This document shows, one piece after another, positions 10,499-18,855 of a DNA stretch of 30,427 bases; position 1 is the first letter of the stretch; each line of letters starts with the position of its first letter. The stretch is from positions 1 through 30,427 of the forward strand of contig DASXIG010000179.1 in NCBI GenBank assembly GCA_036498105.1, given 5' to 3'. This DNA is from Xanthobacteraceae bacterium. Its GTDB lineage: Bacteria > Pseudomonadota > Alphaproteobacteria > Rhizobiales > Xanthobacteraceae. Made by a program: the position numbers and the translations under genes. The notes under the pieces were generated by a model, which was given only the letters and a program-made list of their open reading frames with translations, was not told the DNA's origin and made no database searches.

Positions 10499-10529
10499 CC
10501 GTCATCCCCGCGAAGGTCGGATGCCCGTA
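10499..10529. repeat. Possible degenerate CGTC-type REP-like palindrome
   Basis: CCGTCATCCCCGCGAAGGTCGGATGCCCGTA resembles from memory the GTCATCCCCGCGAAAGCGGGGATCC repeats of alphaproteobacteria. Only one copy in the window. Confidence 0.3.
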
Positions 10530-10749
10530 TAGCGAAGAGAGGACGCAAGTTCAATGGCACCAAAGCCGACCGAAAGGCTGGGCTGCCAACGCAAACCAGG
10601 CCCAATCGAACGTAACGGCCGCGGCCGCAGGCAACCCGTACCGCCTAGGCCGAATCAGGGGGCGAACACGACCTCGCGCGCGCAGGCTTTCCTGTTGTAG
10701 ATACCGGGACGGCTTGCTTTGGGTCAACTTGCGAGAGCAATATTGGTGT

Positions 10750-11334
10750 ATGTACAAGGTGAGAACGCCTGCCCAAATCGCCCTTCTCTTTCCTGTGCTG
10801 GCATTTTGCGCCGGCTGTCCCATTCACGCCCAGGCGCCGTCCGTCGAGCGCATAGACATCATCGAATACGGCACATACACCGTGGACCGCCGGGTGCAGG
10901 GAAGAGATGCGCGCGGGATCAACCAGGCGACCGCGACCAACGTCCAGCATGCGGTCCCTACCACGGACATTCCCGCGCGCATCGGCACGACCTTTGGCTT
11001 TCGCTACAAGGTGCTTGGCAAGCCGGAACAAACACCGGTGATGCTGCGCAGGATCGTCGTTTTTCCCGCGCCCGGACTTCGGCCCTCTTCATCGGTGAAG
11101 CCATTGCCGCAAGACGAGTTCACCGTGCAGGCCAGGATCGGAGAGACGAATTACATCTTTTACACGCTGGAAGACGCGTTCGAGCTGGTGCCGGGCAGCT
11201 GGGTCATTGAAATCTGGCAGGACAATCGCAAGCTTGCAGCGCAAAGCTTTACCCTCATAAAGGCGGACAGCGGCGGAGCGCAGGCCACGCCGCCCGGGGC
11301 GCAGACAGCGCCGGCGGCCGGGGAAGGGCTATGA
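10750..11334 (+). CDS. Exported DUF3859-like protein
   Basis: Signal peptide, then IEYGTY...IPARIGTTFGFRY...ELVPGSWVIEIWQDNRKLAAQSFTL. Start (ATG 10750 or GTG 10759) is uncertain; the ORF-track extension back to 10489 looks non-coding. Confidence 0.7.
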   Translation: MYKVRTPAQIALLFPVLAFCAGCPIHAQAPSVERIDIIEYGTYTVDRRVQGRDARGINQATATNVQHAVPTTDIPARIGTTFGFRYKVLGKPEQTPVMLRRIVVFPAPGLRPSSSVKPLPQDEFTVQARIGETNYIFYTLEDAFELVPGSWVIEIWQDNRKLAAQSFTLIKADSGGAQATPPGAQTAPAAGEGL

Positions 11335-11985
11335 AGCTTTCTGACGCTCAGTCGCCAATGCGCGCTCCAGGCGCGCGACTTCCTGCAGGAGCCGATCGCT
11401 GGTGAGACGAAGCAGATAAAACCCGAATTCCGGGTTCTCGAAGTAGATCTCCCGGACCTTGTCGTACGTTATGCTCAGCACATGACCAGCCTCGATGCAT
11501 TCGACCGTCTGGGTACGACGTTGCTCGGAGGTCAGCAGTCCCAGCTCACCGAATATCTCGCCGGGCCGCATTGTTTTGTCCAGCTCGGGAATCCGATACC
11601 TGCCCTTCACCGACAAGAACATCTCGTTGGCGAGATCATTCTTGCGAAACAAAACGTCTCCTGTTCGGCATTTCCGCTTCGTCATGAAGGGCTGCAGCCA
11701 ATCCATGGACAAGTCCTGGCCGGCCGCGACGCGGACCTTCTTGATGAGCTGAATGAGCTCATACAGACGATACGAGTTCAACGGCACAAGAACGAGATAC
11801 AAGAAAATCGCGGTGATCGAAAAAGCCAGCACACCGTACACGAGAAAGAAGCAGGAGCTGGCAATGGCCGCTATGCGCAGGGGAATCACTGTCTTCATCG
11901 AGAGCGATGCCACATAAAAGAGAGCACCGAGCGCTCCCATGGCAATGGTTATGATCGTTCTCGCATCAAGCGGGATGAATTCCAT
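11329..11985 (-). CDS. Membrane protein with C-terminal cyclic-nucleotide-binding domain (no HTH)
   Basis: About 75 hydrophobic N-terminal residues, then LFRKND..NEMF..VKG, GEIFGELGLL..RRTQTV phosphate-binding cassette. Confidence 0.85.
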   Translation of the reverse strand: MEFIPLDARTIITIAMGALGALFYVASLSMKTVIPLRIAAIASSCFFLVYGVLAFSITAIFLYLVLVPLNSYRLYELIQLIKKVRVAAGQDLSMDWLQPFMTKRKCRTGDVLFRKNDLANEMFLSVKGRYRIPELDKTMRPGEIFGELGLLTSEQRRTQTVECIEAGHVLSITYDKVREIYFENPEFGFYLLRLTSDRLLQEVARLERALATERQKAS

Positions 11986-12048
11986 CTATTTCTCCAGCAG
12001 AGGCAATTTTCGAGTGGCCCCGAGGGCGTCGTTGCAAGCAGCTTCGCA

Positions 12049-12108
12049 GGCAGGGAGCAGCTGCGTTGGTTCGCGAGCAAGGTGATGCCGGCGTTGAAGC
12101 GAAGTTAA
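12049..12108 (+). pseudogene. Probable 3' remnant of an LLM-family monooxygenase gene
   Basis: Reads GREQLRWFASKVMPALKRS*, matching the LLM terminal helix (compare MRLFAAQVMPHF of 465..1562). No plausible upstream LLM coding sequence. Confidence 0.45.
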
Positions 12109-13439
12109 GATGAGTGGTCGAAAAACCGGTTCTTTGGCCGAGGCAACCCCAGGTTCTCGCGCAACGTCCTCCCTTCGTATTCCCTGCGGAAGATGCCGCG
12201 CCGTTGCAGTTCCGGCACCACCCGCCCGACGAAATCGTCGAGCCCTCCTGGGAGATAGGGAAACTGGATCGTGAAGCCGTCCGAGCCTTCCGTGGTCAGC
12301 CATTCCTCCATCTCGTCGGCAATCGTTGCGGGAGTGCCCACCATCGCCAGCCCGGAATGGCCGCCGAGCCGCTGTGCGAGCTGGCGGACAGTGAGATTCT
12401 CCCGCTTGGCGAGATCGATCGCACGCTGGCGGCCGCTCTTTGAGGCATTGCTCTCGGGGATGTCGGGCAGCGGCCCGTCCGGATCGAACTTCGAGGCATC
12501 GTGGCCGAGCGCAATCGACAGCGAGCCAATCGCGTTGGCGTAGTGCACGAGGCTGTCGAGCTTCGCCCGCTTGGCCCGCGCCTCTTCCACCGTCTCGCCA
12601 ACCACCACGAAGCAGCCCGGAAGAATTTTGATATCCTCACGTGCCCGCCCGACTTTTTCGGCCCGGCTTTTGACGTCCGCATAGAACTCTCGTCCGACCT
12701 CCAGGCTCGATTGTGCTGCAAACACCGCTTCGGCGGTTTCAGCCGCTAGCTGGCGGCCGGCTTCGGACGCGCCTGCCTGCACGATCACCGGCCAGCCCTG
12801 GGTCGGCCGCGCGATGTTGAGCGGGCCGCGCACCGAAAGGTACTTGCCCTTGTGATCGAGGACGTGGAGCTTGTCCGGGTCGAAATAGATGCCGTGCTCG
12901 ACATCGCGGATGAAGGCATCGTCCGCCCAGCTGTCCCATAACCCGGTGACCACGTCGTAAAACTCGCGCGCGCGCTCATAGCGCTCGCCGTGCTCAATGT
13001 GCTCTTCCAGTCCGAAATTCAGCGCCGCGTCCGGATTTGACGTGGTCACGATGTTCCAGCCGGCGCGTCCGCCGCTGAGATGATCGAGGGAGGCGAAGCG
13101 CCGTGCAACGTGATAAGGCGCGTCGAACGTGGTCGAGCCGGTCGCGACAAGCCCGATGCGCTCGGTCACCTGTGACAGAGCAGATAGAAGCGTGAAGGGC
13201 TCGAAGGACGTGACGGTGTGGCTGCGCTTGAGCGCATCGATGGGCATGTTGAGCACGGCCATATGATCCGCCATGAAGAAGGCGTCGAACTTGCCGCGCT
13301 CGAGCGCCTGCGCAAAACGTTTGAGATGCACGAAATTGAAATTCGCATCAGGAAAAGCGCCGGGGTAGCGCCACGCACCGGTATGAATGCTCGCCGGCCG
13401 CATGAAGGCGGCCAGCCTGAGCTGACGTGATTGCGCCAT
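12105..13439 (-). CDS. NtaA/SnaA/DszA-family FMNH2-dependent monooxygenase
   Basis: HTGAWR, FFMAD, FEPFTLLSAL, ARRFASLDHLSGGRAGWNIVT, PVIVQAGAS, VVPELQRRG..EYEGRTLRENLGL. Confidence 0.92.
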   Translation of the reverse strand: MAQSRQLRLAAFMRPASIHTGAWRYPGAFPDANFNFVHLKRFAQALERGKFDAFFMADHMAVLNMPIDALKRSHTVTSFEPFTLLSALSQVTERIGLVATGSTTFDAPYHVARRFASLDHLSGGRAGWNIVTTSNPDAALNFGLEEHIEHGERYERAREFYDVVTGLWDSWADDAFIRDVEHGIYFDPDKLHVLDHKGKYLSVRGPLNIARPTQGWPVIVQAGASEAGRQLAAETAEAVFAAQSSLEVGREFYADVKSRAEKVGRAREDIKILPGCFVVVGETVEEARAKRAKLDSLVHYANAIGSLSIALGHDASKFDPDGPLPDIPESNASKSGRQRAIDLAKRENLTVRQLAQRLGGHSGLAMVGTPATIADEMEEWLTTEGSDGFTIQFPYLPGGLDDFVGRVVPELQRRGIFRREYEGRTLRENLGLPRPKNRFFDHSS

Positions 13440-13480
13440 TTATAGTTTCCGTTTTTGCTGCGTTCACCCGGAAAATATCA

Positions 13481-14524
13481 TCATTTCTGAATCGCCGCCG
13501 ATGCTTTTTCGACGGTGGCCTTGGGCGTGCGATATAGCTCCACGAGAAGATCGTGGATTGCAGTCGCTGCGACCGGTGAGATCTCCAGGTCGAGCTTCGC
13601 CGCTTCATCGAAAAACTGTGGGTCCCGCATGGTTGCATCGAACGCGTTGCGCAGCGCATTCCCGTGGTTCTCGGGCACTTCGGGTGGTGCGAAAATGGGC
13701 CGGCCCAGGACCAGGCTTGCGAGCACGAGACGGAGGATTTGGCGCTGCTCCGGCGTGCGCGCAAAATCCAGAAGCAGCGGAACATCGGGCAGATCGGGAT
13801 GTTTCTCCATGCCGAGCTGCACGATCAGGCTGATCATTTTCTCCTTCAGCCATGATGTCTTCTGGCTCCTGATGCTGCTCCACGACCAGCCGCAACGGCC
13901 GTCTACTTCGCCGCGCTCCATTGCAAGATTGATGTCGTTGCCGCCGGGATAGCCGGTGATCAGCTTCATCTTCGCGCCAAACACGTTGCGCAGGAGCAGC
14001 GCGAAGCTGTCGGTCTCCGAGCCCGCGGCGCTTCCGCCCATGGTAAAGTCCTTGCTGAATATGTCGGCCCAGCTCTTCACCTGCGACGTGTGCCAGGTCG
14101 CGCAGACGCTGGTTTCGCTTGTCATGCTGCCGATCCAGGTGAATTTCAGTGGATCGAATTTGGACTCGCCGAGCAGCGGGTCGGTTGCCATCCCGCGAGT
14201 CGCGGTCGCGATGACGGTGCCGTCGCGCGCCGCCAGGCTGTAGATGAAATTCGCGGCCTTCAGGCTTCCCGCACCCGGCATGTTCTGGGGCAGCACCCTT
14301 GGATGACCGGGAATGTGCTTGCCCAAGTGGCGCGCAAGCACGCGCGCATAAAGATCGTAGCCGCCGCCGGCGCTGTAGCCTATCACCATGGTGATACCGC
14401 GATCGCGGTAAAAATCAGCAACCGGATCTGCTTGTGCCGGCAAGATGAGCGGCACCAGCATCGTACCGAGCATCAGGAGCGCATATCCCAAAATCGCGGC
14501 GGGCCGATGCGATGGAGGCATCAT
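13481..14524 (-). CDS. Tripartite tricarboxylate transporter (Bug/TctC-like) substrate-binding protein
   Basis: Signal peptide, GYSAGGGYDLYAR, NMPGAGS, GYPGGNDINLAMERGEVDG. Confidence 0.88.
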   Translation of the reverse strand: MMPPSHRPAAILGYALLMLGTMLVPLILPAQADPVADFYRDRGITMVIGYSAGGGYDLYARVLARHLGKHIPGHPRVLPQNMPGAGSLKAANFIYSLAARDGTVIATATRGMATDPLLGESKFDPLKFTWIGSMTSETSVCATWHTSQVKSWADIFSKDFTMGGSAAGSETDSFALLLRNVFGAKMKLITGYPGGNDINLAMERGEVDGRCGWSWSSIRSQKTSWLKEKMISLIVQLGMEKHPDLPDVPLLLDFARTPEQRQILRLVLASLVLGRPIFAPPEVPENHGNALRNAFDATMRDPQFFDEAAKLDLEISPVAATAIHDLLVELYRTPKATVEKASAAIQK

Positions 14525-14533
14525 ATCGCGAAA

Positions 14534-15889
14534 CTAACCTGCGGCGCCCAAACCAGGAATGCTCACGCCGAAAGTCTGCAGGATCAGCAGCAGGTTGAGC
14601 GACAGCACCAGTATCGTGCCGCCGATGGCCGCAACATTGGTGGGCCCGCGGTTGGCGAACCGGCCCATGATGTCGCGCCGCCGCGTGAACATGACGAGAG
14701 CTATCATCGGAAGCGGGAGTGCAATGCTGAGCACCACCTGACTGATCACGAGTGCATGGGTTGCATTGGCCCCCAGCCAGACCACCACGAACGCCGGCAG
14801 CATGGTTATGAGCCGCCGCACCCAGATTGGGATCCGAAAGCCGACAAATCCTTGCATGATCATCTGTCCAGCCATCGTGCCGACCGTAGAGCTGGATACT
14901 CCCGATGCGAGGAGCGACAGCAGGAAGATGCCCGCGGCCGCGATGCCGAGGAGCGGAGTCAACGTGTGATAGGCGGTCTCGATCTCTGCAACATCGCTGT
15001 GGCCCGCGTGGAATGCGCTCGACGCCATCATCACCATGGCCATGTTGACCATGCCCGCGACAGCAAGCGCGATCACCACCTCCTTGTTCGAGATGCGTAC
15101 TATCCTGCGCTTGCTATCCTCGTCCTGCGCCGGAATGCGCGCCTGGGTCAGCCCGGAGTGCAGGTAGACGGCATGCGGCATGACGGTCGCGCCGATGATC
15201 CCGACAGCCAGCACAAGCGCACCTGAATCGGCGATCTGTGGCAGCACGGTATGCAAGGCGGCCGCGCGCCAGTCGATCGGCGCTATGAACATCTGAATGA
15301 GATAGCAGAAGGCAATGATCGCGACCAAATTGCCGATCATGAGCTCCACCGGGCGAAATCCGAACCGTTCGAACATGAGGATGCCGTAAACGATGAAGCC
15401 CGTAATCACCATCCCCTGGAGCAGCGGGATGTTGAACAGGAGCGAGAGTCCGATGGCGCCGCCAAGGAACTCCGCCAGGTCCGTTGCCATCGCCGCGATC
15501 TCGCTGATCAACCACATCGTGTAGACCACGGGTTTGGGAAACTGATCGCGGCACATCTCCGCCAGATTGCGTCCCGTCACAATGCCGAGCTTCGCCGAGA
15601 GCGCTTGAAACAGCATCGCGACAAGATTGGCGAGCAGCACTACCCAAAGCAGGCCGTACCCGTACTTTGCGCCAGCCTGAATGTTGGTGGCGAAATTACC
15701 GGGATCCATATAGGCGATCGAGGCGACCACGGCGGGGCCGAGAAAGGCCAAGTATGCACGCAAGTCCGTGCGCTCGCCCGCCAGAACCTCGCGCGCCGCA
15801 GCGACCGTTCGCTCCGACAGCGTCTGTCGTCCGGCCAAGCGCCCCGCTTCGGGAACCATGGATTGCATCTTCACCTCGTCATCCATCAT
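14534..15889 (-). CDS. mntH: Nramp-family divalent metal (Mn2+/Fe2+) transporter
   Basis: AYMDPGNFATN and GATVMPHAVYLHS signature motifs; multiple TM segments. Confidence 0.96.
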   Translation of the reverse strand: MMDDEVKMQSMVPEAGRLAGRQTLSERTVAAAREVLAGERTDLRAYLAFLGPAVVASIAYMDPGNFATNIQAGAKYGYGLLWVVLLANLVAMLFQALSAKLGIVTGRNLAEMCRDQFPKPVVYTMWLISEIAAMATDLAEFLGGAIGLSLLFNIPLLQGMVITGFIVYGILMFERFGFRPVELMIGNLVAIIAFCYLIQMFIAPIDWRAAALHTVLPQIADSGALVLAVGIIGATVMPHAVYLHSGLTQARIPAQDEDSKRRIVRISNKEVVIALAVAGMVNMAMVMMASSAFHAGHSDVAEIETAYHTLTPLLGIAAAGIFLLSLLASGVSSSTVGTMAGQMIMQGFVGFRIPIWVRRLITMLPAFVVVWLGANATHALVISQVVLSIALPLPMIALVMFTRRRDIMGRFANRGPTNVAAIGGTILVLSLNLLLILQTFGVSIPGLGAAG

Positions 15890-16132
15890 CGGGCGCCGGT
15901 ATCAACGTGTAGCACAGAGCGAGGCGTCGAAGCCGCACTGAACTAAACCAAGGAGCTTACGCGCCACCTGCGCATTCATCTGCTGTCGGCGGTAACCCGC
16001 AACCAAACCTTTGAGTCCTTTGGCCAATCCTCGGCAAGAACGAGTCGAGATTGCAGGAGTACTGCCCCTTTGCAGACAGCATTGACCACTAGAAACCCAT
16101 AGGCGCCAATTGCAATTTGACGGGGGGATCTG

Positions 16133-16483
16133 ATGCGATTGACGAATTATGCGCTTGCGGTTTTGGCGACTCAGATTCTCATCACACAACCGTCGTGGGC
16201 GGAAACGCAGAGCGGCGTTGCTGCGATTTATTCGCTCTCGAGCGGGAGCCATACCGCGAGCGGGCAGAGATTGAACCCCGCAGCTCTGACCGCCGCTCAC
16301 CGGACGCTCCCATTCGGCACCAAGGTCAAGGTGACCAACAAGAAGAACGGCCGCTCGGTTGTCGTGACCATCAACGACCGAGGTCCCTTCACGCGCGGCC
16401 GCGTCATCGACCTCACGCCCGCGGCAGCACAGGAGCTTGGCTTCTCCGGAGTAACCCGCGTAGCGCTCGACATCGAGAAATAG
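16133..16483 (+). CDS. rlpA: RlpA-like double-psi beta-barrel (lytic transglycosylase family) protein, no SPOR domain
   Basis: [36 protein letters not shown]; Sec signal without a lipobox Cys. Confidence 0.88.
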   Translation: MRLTNYALAVLATQILITQPSWAETQSGVAAIYSLSSGSHTASGQRLNPAALTAAHRTLPFGTKVKVTNKKNGRSVVVTINDRGPFTRGRVIDLTPAAAQELGFSGVTRVALDIEK

Positions 16484-16520
16484 ACATGGCTACCACTGTA
16501 GGAACTTCAAATCGGCAGCA

Positions 16521-16877
16521 CTAGCGAGGCAACTTACTGTCGATGCGCATGCAGTTGGTCCGCCCGGACAGAACACAGTCCTGGTTTTTGCGCAGATCGG
16601 CGATTTGAATCGCCAGCCACCCGCCGGCGATCGCCAAGGCCAAGGTGACGAGCAATGCCGCCAGATTGACCATCATGCGGTGGCGATAATCGTCGCCGTC
16701 ATCTTCGGCCTGGTATTTCGCAAGGCCCTCGACCGGGGGCGCTGTCGGGTCAGGAGGCTGTGCCCGGTGGACTGCCTGACTGGCTTTCGACGCCGGCTTG
16801 CGGGGCCGGAACGGCAGAACCTGGTGTTCCTCATCCGGTCGGCTCGAGGGCTCAGGTTTCACCGGGGTCGCTCTCAC
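16521..16877 (-). CDS. Hypothetical single-pass membrane protein
   Basis: GTG 16877 with AAGGA RBS; VLPFRPR, DDYRHRM, one TM helix, C-terminal QDCVLSGRTNC. Recalled as resembling conserved rhizobial hypotheticals (not verified). Confidence 0.65.
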   Translation of the reverse strand: MRATPVKPEPSSRPDEEHQVLPFRPRKPASKASQAVHRAQPPDPTAPPVEGLAKYQAEDDGDDYRHRMMVNLAALLVTLALAIAGGWLAIQIADLRKNQDCVLSGRTNCMRIDSKLPR

Positions 16878-17096
16878 AGAGGGGTCCTTCGCGCTGGAAT
16901 ATAGCTTTTCCGGCACGATAGAGTCAGGCGGATCAGGGTTCAGCCCCACTATGCGTTCCGCGCATGACCCTCTGCCCCGATAGCAGGCGCTCCACGGCCT
17001 GCGTCCCAGCCCCACAGTGCCGCCGATTTAGGCTCAATACGAATGGTTAAGAGACTGAGCTTATGGATTGAAGGGTTTGATATGCGTGAGGGGCCA

Positions 17097-18030
17097 ATGG
17101 CGACCCATAATCCCGGACCAAAGGATTGGCCGGGGTCAATCGAGAAGCTGGGCGCTGCCGAGCGACGGTCGCTCCTGGAAACCATGATCCACCGTCCGCG
17201 TCCGAGGATCGAGATCGACGAGGCATTGCGCAACGGCTGGTTCGAGATGTGGTACCAGCCGAAGATCGACCTCAAGCGCAAGTGCCTGGCTGGTGCAGAG
17301 GCGCTGGCGCGCATCCGCCATCCCCGCTTCGGCGTGCTCCTGCCGGGCAGTTTCCTCCCGGGTGTGGCCGAAGGCAGCGTCTCGCGGTTGGCCGAGCATG
17401 CGCTCGTTGCCGCGCTCGAGAGCTGGACGATGTTCGATCAGGCAGGATTCAAACCTGCATATTGCGATCAACGTTCCCGTTAGCGTCCTGCTGAAGCTGC
17501 CGATATCGGCGCTGGTCGAACGGCATCGGCCTACGGCTGATCGCTGGCCCGGCATCATCCTGGAAGTCAGCGAGGACCAGATCGTGCGAGACATGCGCCT
17601 CGCACAGGAAATCGCAAGCCAGCTCAGAGGAAGCGGGATCAACATTGCGATCGATGATTTCGGCGCCGGCTATTCCTCGTTCTCGAGCCTGCGCGAGCTG
17701 CCCTTCATCGAGCTCAAGCTCGACGGTAGTTTCGTCAAGAACTGCGCGACCGACGTTTCCAATGCCGCAATCTGTCAGACCGCCGTCGATCTTGCTCATC
17801 GCTTCGGTAGCGCAGCGGTCGCCGAGGGCATCGAAAGCGTGGCCGATCTGCAAGCGCTTGTGGTCATGGGCTGCGATTTCGGCCAAGGCGTTCTGATCGC
17901 GCCGCCCATGCCACAGGAACGCTTTCTCGATCTGCTGCGCCAGCGCGCCAACGCGGCTCGGCCGCAAGCCCAATCTGATGCAGCCGCGGCTGCGTCCGTC
18001 GCGGGCGCAGCGATCGGGCGAGTGGCATAA
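17097..18030 (+). pseudogene. EAL-domain c-di-GMP phosphodiesterase interrupted by a one-base insertion
   Basis: The first frame holds YQPKID...GAEALAR; the second holds NVP, ILEVSE, IDDFGAGYSS, ELKLD, AEGIE, GQG. Removing one A from AAA at 17451-17453 restores AGF-NLHIAINVP and a 310-aa ORF. Confidence 0.8.
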
Positions 18031-18032
18031 AC

Positions 18033-18074
18033 CAGAGGACAAACAACGGACGACGGATGTTATCTGTCGTCTGT
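18033..18074. terminator. Hairpin between convergent genes, possible bidirectional terminator
   Basis: ACGGACGACGGA-tgtta-TCTGTCGTCTGT (18046-18074) forms 12 bp with two G-U pairs. No clean U-tract. Confidence 0.45.
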
Positions 18075-18691
18075 CATTTGCCCTCCGGGAACGGCGACGG
18101 CTCATTCTCCGGCGGCGACATGCGGAACACGTTAAGGATCATCGAGATCATCACGTAATAGCCGAGGATGCCCACGAGCTCCACCGTTGCGGCGTCCCCA
18201 AGAATGTCGTGCACGCGCTTGAAGTTTCTGTCGCTCACGCGCCGGGTCTTATAGAGTTCCTGGATGAAATCATAGATCGCGCGCTCATCCTTGGGGGCTG
18301 ATTTCGGCACGCGGCCCCGATGCAAGTCGCGGATGGTCTCCTTGCGCACTCCGGCGCGCTCGGCCTGCGGCACATGGGCGTACCATTCGTATTGCGCTCG
18401 CCACAGCTTCGCGGTTGCCAGCACCGCGAATTCGGACAGCCGCGGCGGCACCGCTGTATTGAAGCGGCAATGGCCGCCCAGCCGCTGGGCCAGCTCGCCG
18501 AATACCGGGGCATGCAGGAAAACCGCGAATGGTCCGCGGATGCCGACCGCTGTCCCGCGCGGCCCGGAGCGGATGGAGTTCAGCAACGCCTGTTGCCCGG
18601 GGTCGAGCGCCTCCTCGGCAAGGACAGGAAGGCGCGGCGGCGGCATCCTTTTGGCCGGACTCTTCCTCGCGGCAGTCTTCTTTGCGGGCAT
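18074..18691 (-). CDS. Carboxymuconolactone decarboxylase (CMD/AhpD-like) family protein
   Basis: RGPFAVFLHAP, LPPRL-type SE..LATA...QYEWYAH, VELVGILGYY; no CxxC; Lys/Ala-rich N-tail. Start ATG 18691 with GGGGGAAG RBS. Confidence 0.85.
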   Translation of the reverse strand: MPAKKTAARKSPAKRMPPPRLPVLAEEALDPGQQALLNSIRSGPRGTAVGIRGPFAVFLHAPVFGELAQRLGGHCRFNTAVPPRLSEFAVLATAKLWRAQYEWYAHVPQAERAGVRKETIRDLHRGRVPKSAPKDERAIYDFIQELYKTRRVSDRNFKRVHDILGDAATVELVGILGYYVMISMILNVFRMSPPENEPSPFPEGK

Positions 18692-18855
18692 GAGACTTCC
18701 CCCCAAGGTAGGCGGCTTAGGCAAATGAGCCCGGCAAGGGCGGTCTCATGTGGCGTAACCCGCGGGTTGCGGCTGATTACGATACGGTGATCCGCCCCAC
18801 GATGCCTAAATTCTCGGCTTGAGCAACCCGAATCAGCCATCTACCACTACGGCGA

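Noticed and set aside
14090-15226. 378-aa plus-strand ORF, and similar long ORFs such as 213..1103, 2968..4077, 3876..4925, 9565..10479, 25517..26509 and 27707..28555
   Set aside because: Antisense shadows of well-supported genes, expected in high-GC DNA; no motifs recognised.
15900-16080. yybP-ykoY manganese riboswitch upstream of mntH
   Set aside because: The GGGGAGUAGC, CAACAUAC-like loop and GAGACC core elements are not present together, and a Mn-ON switch fits exporters rather than an importer.
15902-16300. 132-aa minus-strand ORF between mntH and rlpA
   Set aside because: Overlaps rlpA antisense, has no motif, and spans the probable promoter region.
17040-17070. CtrA box upstream of the EAL gene
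   Set aside because: Only one TTAA half-site; no second half at the 7-nt spacing.
18725-18771. Short palindromes between the CMD and Bug genes (for example CGTAACCCGCGGGTTGCG)
   Set aside because: Short, GC-rich and imperfect; not distinguishable from chance without comparative data.
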